Virus record (IMG/VR): IMGVR_UViG_3300027899_001695 | Coordinates: 36,208-100,207 of that record | From: a virus | Direction: 5' to 3' (one strand) | DNA: 64,000 bases | Part shown: piece by piece, positions 10,524 to 21,114 of the stretch | Layout of the letters: each line of letters begins with the position of its first letter | Numbering within the stretch: the stretch's first letter is position 1 | Notes under the pieces: generated by a model | Databases searched by the model: none | Seen by the model: only the letters and a program-made list of their open reading frames with translations | Told to the model about the DNA's origin: nothing | Program-made: the position numbers and the translations under genes

Positions 10524-12029
10524 ATGGAAGAAGTAATGTATACATATAAGTCTGGGGAAAATGAGGTAACTTTACAGGAACAAAATGGTAAATATACGGT
10601 TATTACGAATGGAAGTCCTGTACTATCTACTTCTGTGTTCCCAGATGCTTTAAATAAGTACTATCGTGATATTTCTACTATTTCTGATGCCCAGCAAAGT
10701 GGTCATGATATGGCTATGACCTTATTTGGTAATGAGGTAGTAAAAATAAATAGAGTTATTATTCCTCGACTGGCTCAATTGGGCCATTTAAAGGAGTCTA
10801 GGTATGTTAAAATGCTAACAAAGCAGTTAGAAGATGTTATGAAGTTTGTACCGCCAAGAGAGGCAGGGGCATGGATTCCGTCTCCAAATGATGGTGATAT
10901 GAATCAAGGCACAAATGAGATTAATTTACATCCTAGTAGAGAAAGCGGTTATAAAGTAAAGAAAGTTAAACTACGCCAAGCTGATACAGGTATGCAACCC
11001 TATAATGAGTTTAATGATTTACCGCATTCCGAAGTAGAGAGGCCCACTAAGATATCTAATACATATCAACAGAAGGTTAAAACTAGAGAACAAAGACCTA
11101 TTGAGGGAGATTACTTTGAACCCGCCTATTTAAGCAAGGAGTACCAATATAATACAGATTGGACTCCTGAAGAAGAAGCGTTTGCTAAGAAATATTATGA
11201 AGAAGAAAGCGGAGAAGGTAGCTGGGATAAGTTAGATGATTGGACTAAAGGAATTGAAATTGCTAGACCCACACACGAAAATATGACCAAAGATGACGTT
11301 ATAGGAACTTTAAGAGATAAATATGTTAAACCTGTTTCAAAAGATAAGGTATTAAATACAATACCTTATAAAAACTTACCTCCGCCTATTTTAAATATGC
11401 GTAAGTCTAGAGTAGCAAGAGATGATGCCTTTGATTTAGGCGAGAAGGTAGGTGTTGATTTTAATAAGGTAGGGTTTGATGATTGGATGGAAGGGTTAAA
11501 GATAGAGCATGAGCATAAAGATGTAGTGCATGATGACCATCTTATGATTGCTAAGATTGCGAATGCCCATCTTAAAGAAGACCCTAAGTATTACACAAAG
11601 CTTAAGAAATATGTAGAAAAGAGTTTAAGAAAAGAAGCAGAGAAGATGACAGAAGGCGAACAAGCACATCAGAATATGGGATTGGAGAATAAACAGCGTA
11701 ATGGCAGGCCTCAACCACCTATTAGTGGTGGAAAGATGGAGAAAGCCGCATTTTCTCCAGATGCCCCAAAGGTTGTAACTGGCGAGACACAGGAACCTAT
11801 TGAAATTCGTAAGGAGGGAATCGGTAGTTTTTCAATTGAAAATGCAGATTATAATCCTGAGATTGACAACAATGTAGGTCGTCCAAAGAAACTTGTTTTA
11901 CGCCAACAACTGGAGGACGGAGGCGATGTGGAAGAAAATAAAGGAGAGTTCTTTAAGAACTCAAAGGATTTTTATTCATTGAAGTCTTGGATTAGTTCAA
12001 TTATCGAGGAGAAACATGGCAGAGTATAA
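10524..12029 (+). CDS. Putative internal head protein with DUF5661-like domain
   Basis: GLKIEHEH...DDHLMIAKIANAHLKEDPKYYTKL matches the DUF5661 pattern as recalled. Confidence 0.65.
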   Translation: MEEVMYTYKSGENEVTLQEQNGKYTVITNGSPVLSTSVFPDALNKYYRDISTISDAQQSGHDMAMTLFGNEVVKINRVIIPRLAQLGHLKESRYVKMLTKQLEDVMKFVPPREAGAWIPSPNDGDMNQGTNEINLHPSRESGYKVKKVKLRQADTGMQPYNEFNDLPHSEVERPTKISNTYQQKVKTREQRPIEGDYFEPAYLSKEYQYNTDWTPEEEAFAKKYYEEESGEGSWDKLDDWTKGIEIARPTHENMTKDDVIGTLRDKYVKPVSKDKVLNTIPYKNLPPPILNMRKSRVARDDAFDLGEKVGVDFNKVGFDDWMEGLKIEHEHKDVVHDDHLMIAKIANAHLKEDPKYYTKLKKYVEKSLRKEAEKMTEGEQAHQNMGLENKQRNGRPQPPISGGKMEKAAFSPDAPKVVTGETQEPIEIRKEGIGSFSIENADYNPEIDNNVGRPKKLVLRQQLEDGGDVEENKGEFFKNSKDFYSLKSWISSIIEEKHGRV

Positions 12030-15000
12030 GTGGCAAAGAAGAGAAAGGAAACAAAAAAAGAATAGAGAACGTATGCCTAAACATGGTAAGGCACAGGCAC
12101 AAATTTATTCTGATAGCTTAGAAAAGCGGGAAAAGGAGAAGAATAAATTGCTTGGTAGGATTGATAAAATGCTTATGAAGCAAACTCCTCTTGAAGACAC
12201 TATGGGTAAGAATCTTCAAACTATAAAACCGCAACAGTTAGCAAAAGTAACTAATACAACTATACCTCAAGCAGGACAACAGATTAAACAGCAACAAACC
12301 CAGAATAGGCAGGTAGGACAAAATGCTCCTCAGCAACCACCCGCACAGAGAAACATATCCTTTGGCCCTAATGGAGCAGACTTATTACCAAATGAGATAA
12401 AACAACGTCTGGATAAGTTTAATAGTCAGGACCAACTTATGCAGATAAATGAGACTGTAAATCTTAATGCTAAGAATCCGCAAGATTATGAGATGGCCAA
12501 GTATCTAGCACGGTCTGGTAGTCCAAAGGTGCAAACAATGGCATTGAATAAGCTATCAGCACAGGATTTAGATACAATGATACAACCAACGAGTCCTAAT
12601 ACAGATGCCGTAGCGATACTTGCTCAAAAGACTCAAAATCCTAGCTATATGCGTAGTATGACAAAACATACTTCTCCCCAAGTACGAATGAATCTGTTAA
12701 AGAATCCGAATATAACTGACTTGACGATGAGTGAGATGTATGATGATAATGATGACCAGATACGGAATCGGATTGTAGGACAATCAACTAATCAAGAGCT
12801 ATTACATTTATTCATTAGTGATAAGAATCCACAAATACGTGCTAGATTAGTAGATAAACTTGACCACGATGGTCTAAAGATTTTACTTACAGACTCAGAC
12901 CCTCATGTACAAGCAATGGCTAAAAAGAAGCTACAAGGTCGTTTTAGTAAAATGGAAAAGTCTGGCAACTTCCAGAAACCTAAACGCCCAATTTTTATTC
13001 AACAAGAGACAGATAGACTTGATAATAATCAGACGACCAGTATCTCTCCTGAGAGACTACCACACTTTAGTCATTTAGGAGATGTAGGTAGTAATTCTGT
13101 TAATGGTAAGACTTATAATACTCCTTCCTTTAGCAACAAGTCTCTTATATTAAAAGAGATTACTCATTTTATAAAAAAAGCGGAAGGAGAGATAGAACAT
13201 AGGATGCTCAAACCTGAAGATATACAGGCTTGGATTGAGGACCAGATTAAAAGTGCTAAAGAAGAATATCCAGATATAGATATAAATGATATTAATAGTA
13301 AGAATCTGTCTCCTTTACATTCTCGTGTTATCAAACCTATTATATATGCAAAACAATTACTTGTAGATTACCCAGAGTTAAATGCAAAAGATAGAGCAAA
13401 TATAACAGGCACCTTCAAAAATGGTAAATTAGAAGCGGTTCATTCAATAAGAGAAAGTGGTCCTTTTGGTTCTCATCTAAATGTGGTACTTTCTCATATT
13501 AAAAATGCTAATCCAAATAACCCAAATGCTTCTAAAGGTATGGGTAAGGCTGCTGCACGTAGAGCCATTGAAATTAGCCGTAATGGTGGAAAAACTTTAA
13601 CAATTAGTCCAGATACGAATGCTGCAGAATGGTGGCGTAAAAATGTAAAAGACCCTACGAATGGGATGATTACAATTAAACCTGCTGAATATGAGGGGGT
13701 GTTATCACGAATGGACACTCCTAAGATTGAAAATGAAATGGATGAAGAGTTTACATCCTATGCAGAACCTTTGAGAAAAGATAAGATAATGAAAGCTGAC
13801 AAGCAGAAGACTTTCCCAATAGAGGGGGAACAGTTACCATTGCCAGATGTAGGACATGAGTATGATAAAGAAGCTACACAGTTTCCTGTAAGATTGCCTA
13901 CTAAAGCAAATTCGTATCATAATGCATTTGGTAGATACTATCAAGGTCCAGATGGGGGAAAAAGACGTCTTGTTCCTTTAGATGAGTTAATAGATGCGCC
14001 AAAAACACATATGGCTACGAATTTAGGTATGACTGAAAGTGGACGATGGTATAGACATAGATTTCCTGATACAATGCAAGATGAAGCTGAACAACATGAA
14101 TCGAATAGAGAGTATGATAGAGAAGAGGAAAGACGTAGACTTCAACAAGAGACAGATGATGATGAAAGAGAAAGAGAATATGGTTATGATTCTGATAGAG
14201 ATGATGATGAAGATATAACAGGAGATGAGGATTATAGTAGTAGTGCAAATCTACCAGAAACAGAACTACCAAATGGGGCTATTAAACGAGGTGACCATGT
14301 GTTCCATAAAGCTAGAAATATACAGATAAATGATGAGGAGAATGAGAAGTTTTTAAGACAGGCCTCACAGGAATGGTCTCGTTATTCTAATTACAATCCT
14401 TCAACAAGTGGTAAATATGGAGGTAGAGGGGGTCGAGGTGCTGCTAGTGTGAGCATGCTACAGGGGGTTCTCGGTTCTTATTTTAGAGATGTACGTGCAA
14501 AAGAAGAGGACCCTAGTTATGAACCTTGGAATAAGTATATGTTTGTAACCTCTAAAAGAGGCACAAAGAAAAAGTTAGAAGGGGCGACTCGATATCAGAT
14601 GGGAGATGGTAATATACATATTGAATATTTAGCGTCTTCTCCACGAAATGAGAAAGGTATGCCTAATAGATTAAATGGAACTGGTAAAAGAATAATCTAT
14701 AAACTTGCTAAGATGTTAGATAAGCAATCTAAAGTTCCTGGTGGGAATCAACTGCCTTATATACATCTAACCTATCTTCCAGATGCTGTTCCTTTTTATG
14801 AAAGGATAGGTTTTAAACATGATGGGTATGGTCTTACTTTAGATACTCAGGGCATTCGTAACTTGCTTAAAAATGTGCGTAAAGATGACAAATCAGGTAG
14901 TCCTTTCTTTAGAAAGGATGCCGATGATTGGGATAATGGATGGGATGACCCTGATGATTATGCAGAAGACGAAGTTGTTAATAAAGCTGTAGGGATGGTT

Positions 15001-15141
15001 GGTGATGTATCCACTCCTACGTTCAATGGTTCTGCAGGACAGAACTATAAGAAGAAGATTGGTAGTGCTTTGCATTTCAAGGCAAGGGGAGTAGAAGGAG
15101 TCTTTGATGTAATGAAGTCTGTTAAATTTGAGGATGTATAA
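12016..15141 (+). CDS. Multidomain protein: HEAT-like repeats plus two GNAT-like acetyltransferase domains
   Basis: Repeats such as ISDKNPQIRARLV and LTDSDPHVQAMA; GNAT motifs KGMGKAAARRA...AAEWW and IEYLASSP...NGTGKRII...LPDAVPFYERIGF. Confidence 0.65.
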   Translation: MAEYKWQRRERKQKKNRERMPKHGKAQAQIYSDSLEKREKEKNKLLGRIDKMLMKQTPLEDTMGKNLQTIKPQQLAKVTNTTIPQAGQQIKQQQTQNRQVGQNAPQQPPAQRNISFGPNGADLLPNEIKQRLDKFNSQDQLMQINETVNLNAKNPQDYEMAKYLARSGSPKVQTMALNKLSAQDLDTMIQPTSPNTDAVAILAQKTQNPSYMRSMTKHTSPQVRMNLLKNPNITDLTMSEMYDDNDDQIRNRIVGQSTNQELLHLFISDKNPQIRARLVDKLDHDGLKILLTDSDPHVQAMAKKKLQGRFSKMEKSGNFQKPKRPIFIQQETDRLDNNQTTSISPERLPHFSHLGDVGSNSVNGKTYNTPSFSNKSLILKEITHFIKKAEGEIEHRMLKPEDIQAWIEDQIKSAKEEYPDIDINDINSKNLSPLHSRVIKPIIYAKQLLVDYPELNAKDRANITGTFKNGKLEAVHSIRESGPFGSHLNVVLSHIKNANPNNPNASKGMGKAAARRAIEISRNGGKTLTISPDTNAAEWWRKNVKDPTNGMITIKPAEYEGVLSRMDTPKIENEMDEEFTSYAEPLRKDKIMKADKQKTFPIEGEQLPLPDVGHEYDKEATQFPVRLPTKANSYHNAFGRYYQGPDGGKRRLVPLDELIDAPKTHMATNLGMTESGRWYRHRFPDTMQDEAEQHESNREYDREEERRRLQQETDDDEREREYGYDSDRDDDEDITGDEDYSSSANLPETELPNGAIKRGDHVFHKARNIQINDEENEKFLRQASQEWSRYSNYNPSTSGKYGGRGGRGAASVSMLQGVLGSYFRDVRAKEEDPSYEPWNKYMFVTSKRGTKKKLEGATRYQMGDGNIHIEYLASSPRNEKGMPNRLNGTGKRIIYKLAKMLDKQSKVPGGNQLPYIHLTYLPDAVPFYERIGFKHDGYGLTLDTQGIRNLLKNVRKDDKSGSPFFRKDADDWDNGWDDPDDYAEDEVVNKAVGMVGDVSTPTFNGSAGQNYKKKIGSALHFKARGVEGVFDVMKSVKFEDV

Positions 15142-15812
15142 TGGATAGTAGAAATAAGATATTAGAAGATTTATATTTTCTTCTTGTTAAAGCAGAAGAT
15201 GCGGAAGAAATGATTGAAGAAGAGGCAAAGCCTGTTAAACCAAAGACAGAAATGCAACATCATATTCTTGATAGAGTAAAACATTTTAGTAAGGAGATGG
15301 ATAGAATTCTAAAAGAAGAACAGAACATACAGAGTTTCTTACAGGGTTACTCACGATTAGCTTTGTTGTCTAAGTCGTATACTACTGATGAGGTAGGCGA
15401 CTTATATGAAACAGCTAAGAGAGTTAATCTCTTTAAAGAGTTTAATATTGCCGAACCTATGGAACAAACAAGGCTTGATAAGGTAATCTTTATAGATAAC
15501 ATTGCTCATCATTTACATCAGTTCAAGGAACCTAATGGTGCAGCGGTGTATAAGCAATTAGATAAACTTGCAGATATATCAAAATCTGCGGGAGAAAAAG
15601 AAAGAGATGATAGGTTACTTATTCTTGATAATCCTATGAATTTAAGAAAATTAGCCAAGATGAATAATCTTGAGATAATACAGAAAGGAGCCATGCTTGA
15701 TAGAGGGAGTTCTTTCTGGAGACTATTTGAGAAAGGTCTAAAAGTAGGTGTAGAAAGAATGTCGGATACAGAATTAGTAATTCTTAGAGAATGGTTGTAT
15801 TCGAAAGTTTAA
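15141..15812 (+). CDS. Hypothetical putative head-associated protein
   Basis: ORF coupled to upstream gene; N-terminal helix ending LLVKA. Confidence 0.55.
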   Translation: MDSRNKILEDLYFLLVKAEDAEEMIEEEAKPVKPKTEMQHHILDRVKHFSKEMDRILKEEQNIQSFLQGYSRLALLSKSYTTDEVGDLYETAKRVNLFKEFNIAEPMEQTRLDKVIFIDNIAHHLHQFKEPNGAAVYKQLDKLADISKSAGEKERDDRLLILDNPMNLRKLAKMNNLEIIQKGAMLDRGSSFWRLFEKGLKVGVERMSDTELVILREWLYSKV

Positions 15813-15840
15813 TAGTTGAATGTAACGTGGTAAAATTAAG
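15806..15840 (+). promoter_or_regulatory. Putative late promoter, copy 2
   Basis: AGTTTAATAG-N15-TAAAATTAAG. Confidence 0.6.
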
Positions 15841-15865
15841 TTAGTAATTAGGGAGGTACAGTAAT

Positions 15866-16642
15866 ATGTCACAAAGTGTATGGGATTCTGATTTTGGTGC
15901 TGTGTTTAAGCAAAGGTATGATATTCTTAAAGGAATAGATATAAAAAAAGGTGTCATGGGTGCTGTAGGTGGTGCAGTAGGCCATATGGTTGACCCAACT
16001 GGTGTAGTTGGTCCTGCGATTGGTGGTGGTCTTGGTGCAGAGTTGGATAAATCGGAGAAAATGGAGAAAGAAAAGATAGATAAGACAGGTTATATGGATA
16101 ATGAGTATAATAGATTAAATCCTATTGGTGGAGATAAACCTACTGCGACAGGGTATGAGCATGGTGATTCTCTACCGCCTAATCGGCCTCAACCATATAA
16201 TAGCCCACGTAGAAAACAAGATGTAAATGATGAAGATTTAGGTGATTTAAGAGTAGAGAATATGAATAAATCGCTTTATAAAGCTATTCGTTCTGTTGAT
16301 AGGGTTCTTAAAGAACTTAGAGTCGTAGATACAGGTCTTAAAGGAGAACGGGTAGGAGAGATACGCCACGACTCCAATCCTAAAGGTAGTTCTGGTGGAG
16401 GTACAACTGCTCCTAGACCCAAAGAAAGAAAATTGCCGATAAAGAAAGAAGAAGAGTTTGCTATGAGTATGAATAAGTCACTTAATAAGTCTATTAAGTC
16501 TGTTACTAAGATGCTTCATAAGCTTGATTCTTGTGGTGGTTCTACTGCTGGTTTAAATATTAAAAATGTTAAGGCAAAGAAGGATGGTGGAGGCGTATAT
16601 CCTTCAAAAACTCCTCCGAAGCCTAAAACAAGGAAGGCATAA
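15866..16642 (+). CDS. Putative internal head protein (glycine zipper; two MNKSLxKxI helices)
   Basis: GGAGG RBS; repeated helix motif. Confidence 0.55.
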   Translation: MSQSVWDSDFGAVFKQRYDILKGIDIKKGVMGAVGGAVGHMVDPTGVVGPAIGGGLGAELDKSEKMEKEKIDKTGYMDNEYNRLNPIGGDKPTATGYEHGDSLPPNRPQPYNSPRRKQDVNDEDLGDLRVENMNKSLYKAIRSVDRVLKELRVVDTGLKGERVGEIRHDSNPKGSSGGGTTAPRPKERKLPIKKEEEFAMSMNKSLNKSIKSVTKMLHKLDSCGGSTAGLNIKNVKAKKDGGGVYPSKTPPKPKTRKA

Positions 16643-16643
16643 C

Positions 16644-17123
16644 ATGACTGCATGGTATAAAGAACCTAAGTATAACGGTGCTGGTATTATAGAGCAAATA
16701 GACTTAAAGAAAGCTATACCTGCTTTAGCTATGGCTGCCGCTCCTGTAGTTGCTGAAGCTGCAAAACCAGTTGCTCAAAATCTTGGGCAAAGAGCTTCAA
16801 AGCATATAGACAAAAAAGGCATTAATGTTCCTATAACAGGAGTTCCTATTGGACCTAGATTAAAAATTGGCGGGGATAAGAAAATGGAAAAAGAGCTTCC
16901 TACAGATGCTATGACGATGACTAATAAATCCTTAGTCAAATCAATTGACACCTTCCTAATGAGAAAGGGCATTCTTCAGAAGACTGCCAATAAGTCAGGG
17001 ATGGCTCTTGGTTCGTATCAAAAATTGGGCGACCCAGTAAAGAGAATGGTAAACAATAGTGCCACCATTCAATCTCCAGATGTGTGGAGTGCTGGAAAGA
17101 AAACAACTAAAACAAAGGAATAA
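16644..17123 (+). CDS. Putative internal head protein
   Basis: ATG immediately after upstream stop; NKSLVKSIDTFLMRKG motif. Confidence 0.55.
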   Translation: MTAWYKEPKYNGAGIIEQIDLKKAIPALAMAAAPVVAEAAKPVAQNLGQRASKHIDKKGINVPITGVPIGPRLKIGGDKKMEKELPTDAMTMTNKSLVKSIDTFLMRKGILQKTANKSGMALGSYQKLGDPVKRMVNNSATIQSPDVWSAGKKTTKTKE

Positions 17124-17125
17124 GA

Positions 17126-18568
17126 ATGACTGACTTAGATAGCATACGGTATAGGTTAGAATTACTATTAACCAAAGCTACACCTATGTCTGAATATGAT
17201 AGGATGATAAATGAACCAGACTTTGGTGCAGATATTGGTGGTATTCCTAACTTTTCTTCTTCTTCCGCAAAATCTAGAAAACCCAAAGCTCCTAAAATTC
17301 CAGTAGCGGAAGAGGGTGAAGTACAGCCGTATGTGTCTAATAGACAAAAGAAAGCAGAGAAGAGACGAAAAAGACAAGCAAAATTAGACGCATTATTTGG
17401 TCAGTTTGTTGACCAAGAACAACAAGGGCTTCCTCCTAATCCTAAATTAAAAGGTCAAATAGACAAATATCTTAGAAGAATGTTTAAGGTGGATGACTTA
17501 GATAAGGAATTAGCAGGAATGTCTCCTGAGGACCCTAATTATGCATCTACTCAAGATAAGAGAGACATGGCTCATAAGTTATGTGCAATTCGTGTTAATG
17601 CGGAGAAAGCAAAAGCCAGAACAAGTATGGGGCATAAAATGGAGAAAGCTTTATGGGGGGGAGACCCAAATGCTGTTCCAGAAGAACACCCCAATCAAGC
17701 TAAACAAAGCCAACTTAACTTCTTTCCACAACATGAAAAAGCACCGCCTGTTAGACCCCAGTCAACAAAAGAAGGCCGAAGAGTATCAAGACGCCCTTTA
17801 CGGAACTCGTTAATAAAGAGCATATTTAATTTTGGTAACATGCTTGAAAAAGCAGAAGGACCAAGAGACTATTCACAACCTGTCGATAGTGCTGAGGCAT
17901 TTAAATATCGCAGGAATGTCCCCTCTGAACGAAGGGCTAATTACGAAGTTCTTAGAGAACAGGGTTTTACACCAGAAGAAGCTACTCGCTTAAAGGATTG
18001 GAAACCTGGGCCTTTAAGGACTATCATCCAGAACAAAGATAAACCCAATAGGGGGTTAGACCCTGAATGGATTGATGACCCACAACAGAAAATGGATAAA
18101 GAGTTTGAGTTACTGGATGATTATAAAAATGCGGGAATAAAGAAAATTCCAGGAATGGAACCAATTGATGCAAATGAAGCACAAAGACTAAATCAGTATT
18201 ACCAACAAGTAGGTAAACCACTTATTCATGTACCTACACCAGAAGAATTTCAATCTCAAATGTTACAATACAAAGAAATGAAGAGAGAGGGTAAAGCACC
18301 CCCTATGTTTAACAAGGCATTAGCATATTTATTTGATTTAGATATCTCTAAAGCAGGAAATGCTATTAAGGAACTTGAAGACTTTATTAGAGAGTATGAA
18401 GCTACAATTAAATCAAGACCAAAGAACTGGTCACCAAAGGATATAGCTTCGCATACTCGTATGTTAAACAATGCTAAACAGCACTTAGAGGGCTACTATA
18501 AAAATAAACTTGTAGCTCCTGAAGCTCCTAAAATGCCCTTACAACAACAGTTACCTTTGGAGTATTAA
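17126..18568 (+). CDS. Putative internal head protein
   Basis: LLTKA, MEKA, NSLIKSIFNFGNMLEKA, ISKA motifs. Confidence 0.55.
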   Translation: MTDLDSIRYRLELLLTKATPMSEYDRMINEPDFGADIGGIPNFSSSSAKSRKPKAPKIPVAEEGEVQPYVSNRQKKAEKRRKRQAKLDALFGQFVDQEQQGLPPNPKLKGQIDKYLRRMFKVDDLDKELAGMSPEDPNYASTQDKRDMAHKLCAIRVNAEKAKARTSMGHKMEKALWGGDPNAVPEEHPNQAKQSQLNFFPQHEKAPPVRPQSTKEGRRVSRRPLRNSLIKSIFNFGNMLEKAEGPRDYSQPVDSAEAFKYRRNVPSERRANYEVLREQGFTPEEATRLKDWKPGPLRTIIQNKDKPNRGLDPEWIDDPQQKMDKEFELLDDYKNAGIKKIPGMEPIDANEAQRLNQYYQQVGKPLIHVPTPEEFQSQMLQYKEMKREGKAPPMFNKALAYLFDLDISKAGNAIKELEDFIREYEATIKSRPKNWSPKDIASHTRMLNNAKQHLEGYYKNKLVAPEAPKMPLQQQLPLEY

Positions 18569-18597
18569 TATGGAAGAAAGACTGATAGGAGAATGTT

Positions 18598-18876
18598 ATG
18601 AGCCTCCAGACGTTATTGAAGTTGCCAAAGAGAGCAACGCAGAAAAGATACGACACAATAAAGTATATAACGATTGCATTTGGAGCAGTCAGTACAGTTA
18701 TGGACATGTATATAGCGTTCCTGTTCGGAGCAGAGAACTATGTATTGGCATTCACCCTGCTAGGGGTGTCGATTATTCTGACTCTGATTGATAGTGTCCT
18801 ATGGGTCTGGGTCTTGGAACAGATGGGAAGGAAAAAAGTGGAGCATGGAAAAAGAAATGGAAAGAGGAAGGAATAG
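18598..18876 (+). CDS. Two-TM membrane protein (holin-like)
   Basis: Two hydrophobic segments and a highly basic C-terminus. Confidence 0.45.
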   Translation: MSLQTLLKLPKRATQKRYDTIKYITIAFGAVSTVMDMYIAFLFGAENYVLAFTLLGVSIILTLIDSVLWVWVLEQMGRKKVEHGKRNGKRKE

Positions 18877-18879
18877 AAT

Positions 18880-19248
18880 ATGGATTGGCACGATGTAGTA
18901 GCAATAGTATCGCCTATTATGACTATATTTATATTTGTAATTGGTGGTCTTGTATCTTATTTTACTATAATTGGGGATATGAAAAATAGACTGACGAAAT
19001 TGGAGACTCAAATGCAACCATTTTGGAATTTAATAGAGAGAGAACTTCCAAAGATTATCCATTCCCCACATACACCAGAAATAGATGCCTTATTAGAGAA
19101 AATGATAGAGGGCGTATTAACTAGAGACGAGGCGATAGACCTTAAATTTAAATTAAAAGAAGAGATGGAGATACCTGATGTGGCTAAGAAATTAGCCATA
19201 GTACTGATAATAGCGAGATTGGATTCATTAATAAAGGGGGTTAAATAG
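18880..19248 (+). CDS. Membrane-anchored protein
   Basis: N-terminal TM segment followed by coiled coil. Confidence 0.55.
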   Translation: MDWHDVVAIVSPIMTIFIFVIGGLVSYFTIIGDMKNRLTKLETQMQPFWNLIERELPKIIHSPHTPEIDALLEKMIEGVLTRDEAIDLKFKLKEEMEIPDVAKKLAIVLIIARLDSLIKGVK

Positions 19249-19249
19249 A

Positions 19250-19582
19250 GTGGACTGCTATACTGTATTCGACACACTTGATATTATAACATTTATAATA
19301 CTGTGTATTACTAGTTGGTATTCTTATAAAATATATAAGTTATTACCAGCACAAATGGTAACCTTTTTATTTATTGGATTTATTCTTTCCGCTTTTTTAC
19401 AAATAGGGTTTGTAATAATTAGTTTTATACCTTTAGATGGGGAGTTTTTGATTGTAAATAGATTTATTGGAGAACTGACAGTAGCTTTAAGAGTAATACC
19501 GATTGCTTTTATTATGATTGGAACGATAAATCTGTATAAAGTAGTTACTAAATATATCAATGGAAATGGAGGTATACACTAA
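19250..19582 (+). CDS. Three-TM membrane protein
   Basis: Three hydrophobic segments. Confidence 0.55.
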   Translation: MDCYTVFDTLDIITFIILCITSWYSYKIYKLLPAQMVTFLFIGFILSAFLQIGFVIISFIPLDGEFLIVNRFIGELTVALRVIPIAFIMIGTINLYKVVTKYINGNGGIH

Positions 19583-19828
19583 TGGGTTGTTCAACATGCC
19601 CAATTTGCGGAGAAAGAAAACCTTGTCACGATGAGATTTGCTATAAATGTGAGTTGCAAAATCTCGATATAGGTAGAGATAAAAAGGAAGATAAATAAAT
19701 GCCGTTTGGTCTATGTTGTTGTTTCTGGACTAACCTTGGGATGGGATTAGCATTGCTATTTCCTTTTCTTTCTGCCGCAATTTTTTATATAACTAGTAAG
19801 TTCAAGAAACATGAATGTGAGGACGAAG

Positions 19829-20062
19829 ATGCCTGCTGTTAGTCGTGCACAGCATAGATTTATGGGTTTAGTAGCTTCTGGTAAGAAGAAAGTTAAAGGG
19901 CTATCTAAAGAAGATGCAAAAGAGTACATTCGTGGGCAAAAACGAGAAAATCTACCAGAACGAATTGAGAAATTTGTGCGGGAAAAGAAAGAAAAGATGA
20001 ATTTACCATATAATCAAGGAACGTTTGGAGTCTCCCAAGCAGGAGTAGGAGCAAGAATATGA
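19829..20062 (+). CDS. Small basic phage protein (MPAxSxAQxRFMG type)
   Basis: N-terminus MPAVSRAQHRFMG, a pattern recurrent in large-phage head regions. Confidence 0.55.
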   Translation: MPAVSRAQHRFMGLVASGKKKVKGLSKEDAKEYIRGQKRENLPERIEKFVREKKEKMNLPYNQGTFGVSQAGVGARI

Positions 20063-21114
20063 TAAGAAAAGACTTAGGTAACTATATGCGTTGGAAAACA
20101 ATCCAACAACAAGGACCTTGTGAAGGACAATTTGATGGAATATGCCAAGGACCGAAGGGTATTGATGTACCAATGAGGCAACTTGCACATCGTAGACCTA
20201 AAGATAGAGAGGATGCTGAAAGAAGACTTATGTCTATGAACCAAGCTCCCAATAAAAAACCAGGGCATAAACCTAGGTTATATGATTCCTTGAATAGACC
20301 TCATGCGTATCGTCATTTATGCCCTACTTGCCATCTCCATCATGATAACCATATGTTTGATGAAGGCTATCAAGAGCCTAAATGGGTGCTGGATAATAAG
20401 TTTAGGCAGCTTATTAGAGATAGAAATAAGAATAAACAAAAGATAAAAAGGCATGGTGGAATTGTTAAATCTATAAATGACTTTGTAAGAAAATTTGATA
20501 ATACTATTGACCCAAATGAGCCAAGGCAAACAAGGTATTTACATAATTTACCTTCTAGAGACACTCATATTAAATATGAAGACCCGTTTGACCCTGAAAT
20601 TTATATAGAAGAAGAATCAGATGAGGAGTACGTTCCTGAAATGCACACCCAAAATACAAGATTGCCAATAGAAACAAAAAGATATAATAAGATAATGGAT
20701 AGAATAAGCCCTCATGGAAGTCAAAAGATATTGGATAAAATTGTGGGTAAAGAAGATATACCATATGCGAAATCATTATGTAAGTCTATTAATCAATTTG
20801 TAAGAAAGTTTGATACTTCTTATCTACCACATGAAGGAACGGCTAAATATAAACCACAGAACGAAGCAAGAGCAAGAATAAATAACAAGCTTGGACCACA
20901 CTCTATGTCCAATCGTAAGCAAGAAGTAAATCCAGCCTCTTCACCACCTATGGGGTTTGGACAAAAGACTAATCCTGAAGAGCATATAGTACCTAACTAT
21001 GTACCAAAGGATAAGACCCATGCTTTCAAGTATCGTGGTAGGACATATGATGCAAGCAGAATGACACCCGAAGAGCTTTCAGACATATTATCAGAGATGG
21101 AGCAACAGATATAA
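20059..21114 (+). CDS. Putative internal head protein with HNH-like zinc-binding segment
   Basis: C...C, LAH...LCPTCHLHHD; two KSINxFVRKFD repeats. Confidence 0.5.
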   Translation: MIRKDLGNYMRWKTIQQQGPCEGQFDGICQGPKGIDVPMRQLAHRRPKDREDAERRLMSMNQAPNKKPGHKPRLYDSLNRPHAYRHLCPTCHLHHDNHMFDEGYQEPKWVLDNKFRQLIRDRNKNKQKIKRHGGIVKSINDFVRKFDNTIDPNEPRQTRYLHNLPSRDTHIKYEDPFDPEIYIEEESDEEYVPEMHTQNTRLPIETKRYNKIMDRISPHGSQKILDKIVGKEDIPYAKSLCKSINQFVRKFDTSYLPHEGTAKYKPQNEARARINNKLGPHSMSNRKQEVNPASSPPMGFGQKTNPEEHIVPNYVPKDKTHAFKYRGRTYDASRMTPEELSDILSEMEQQI

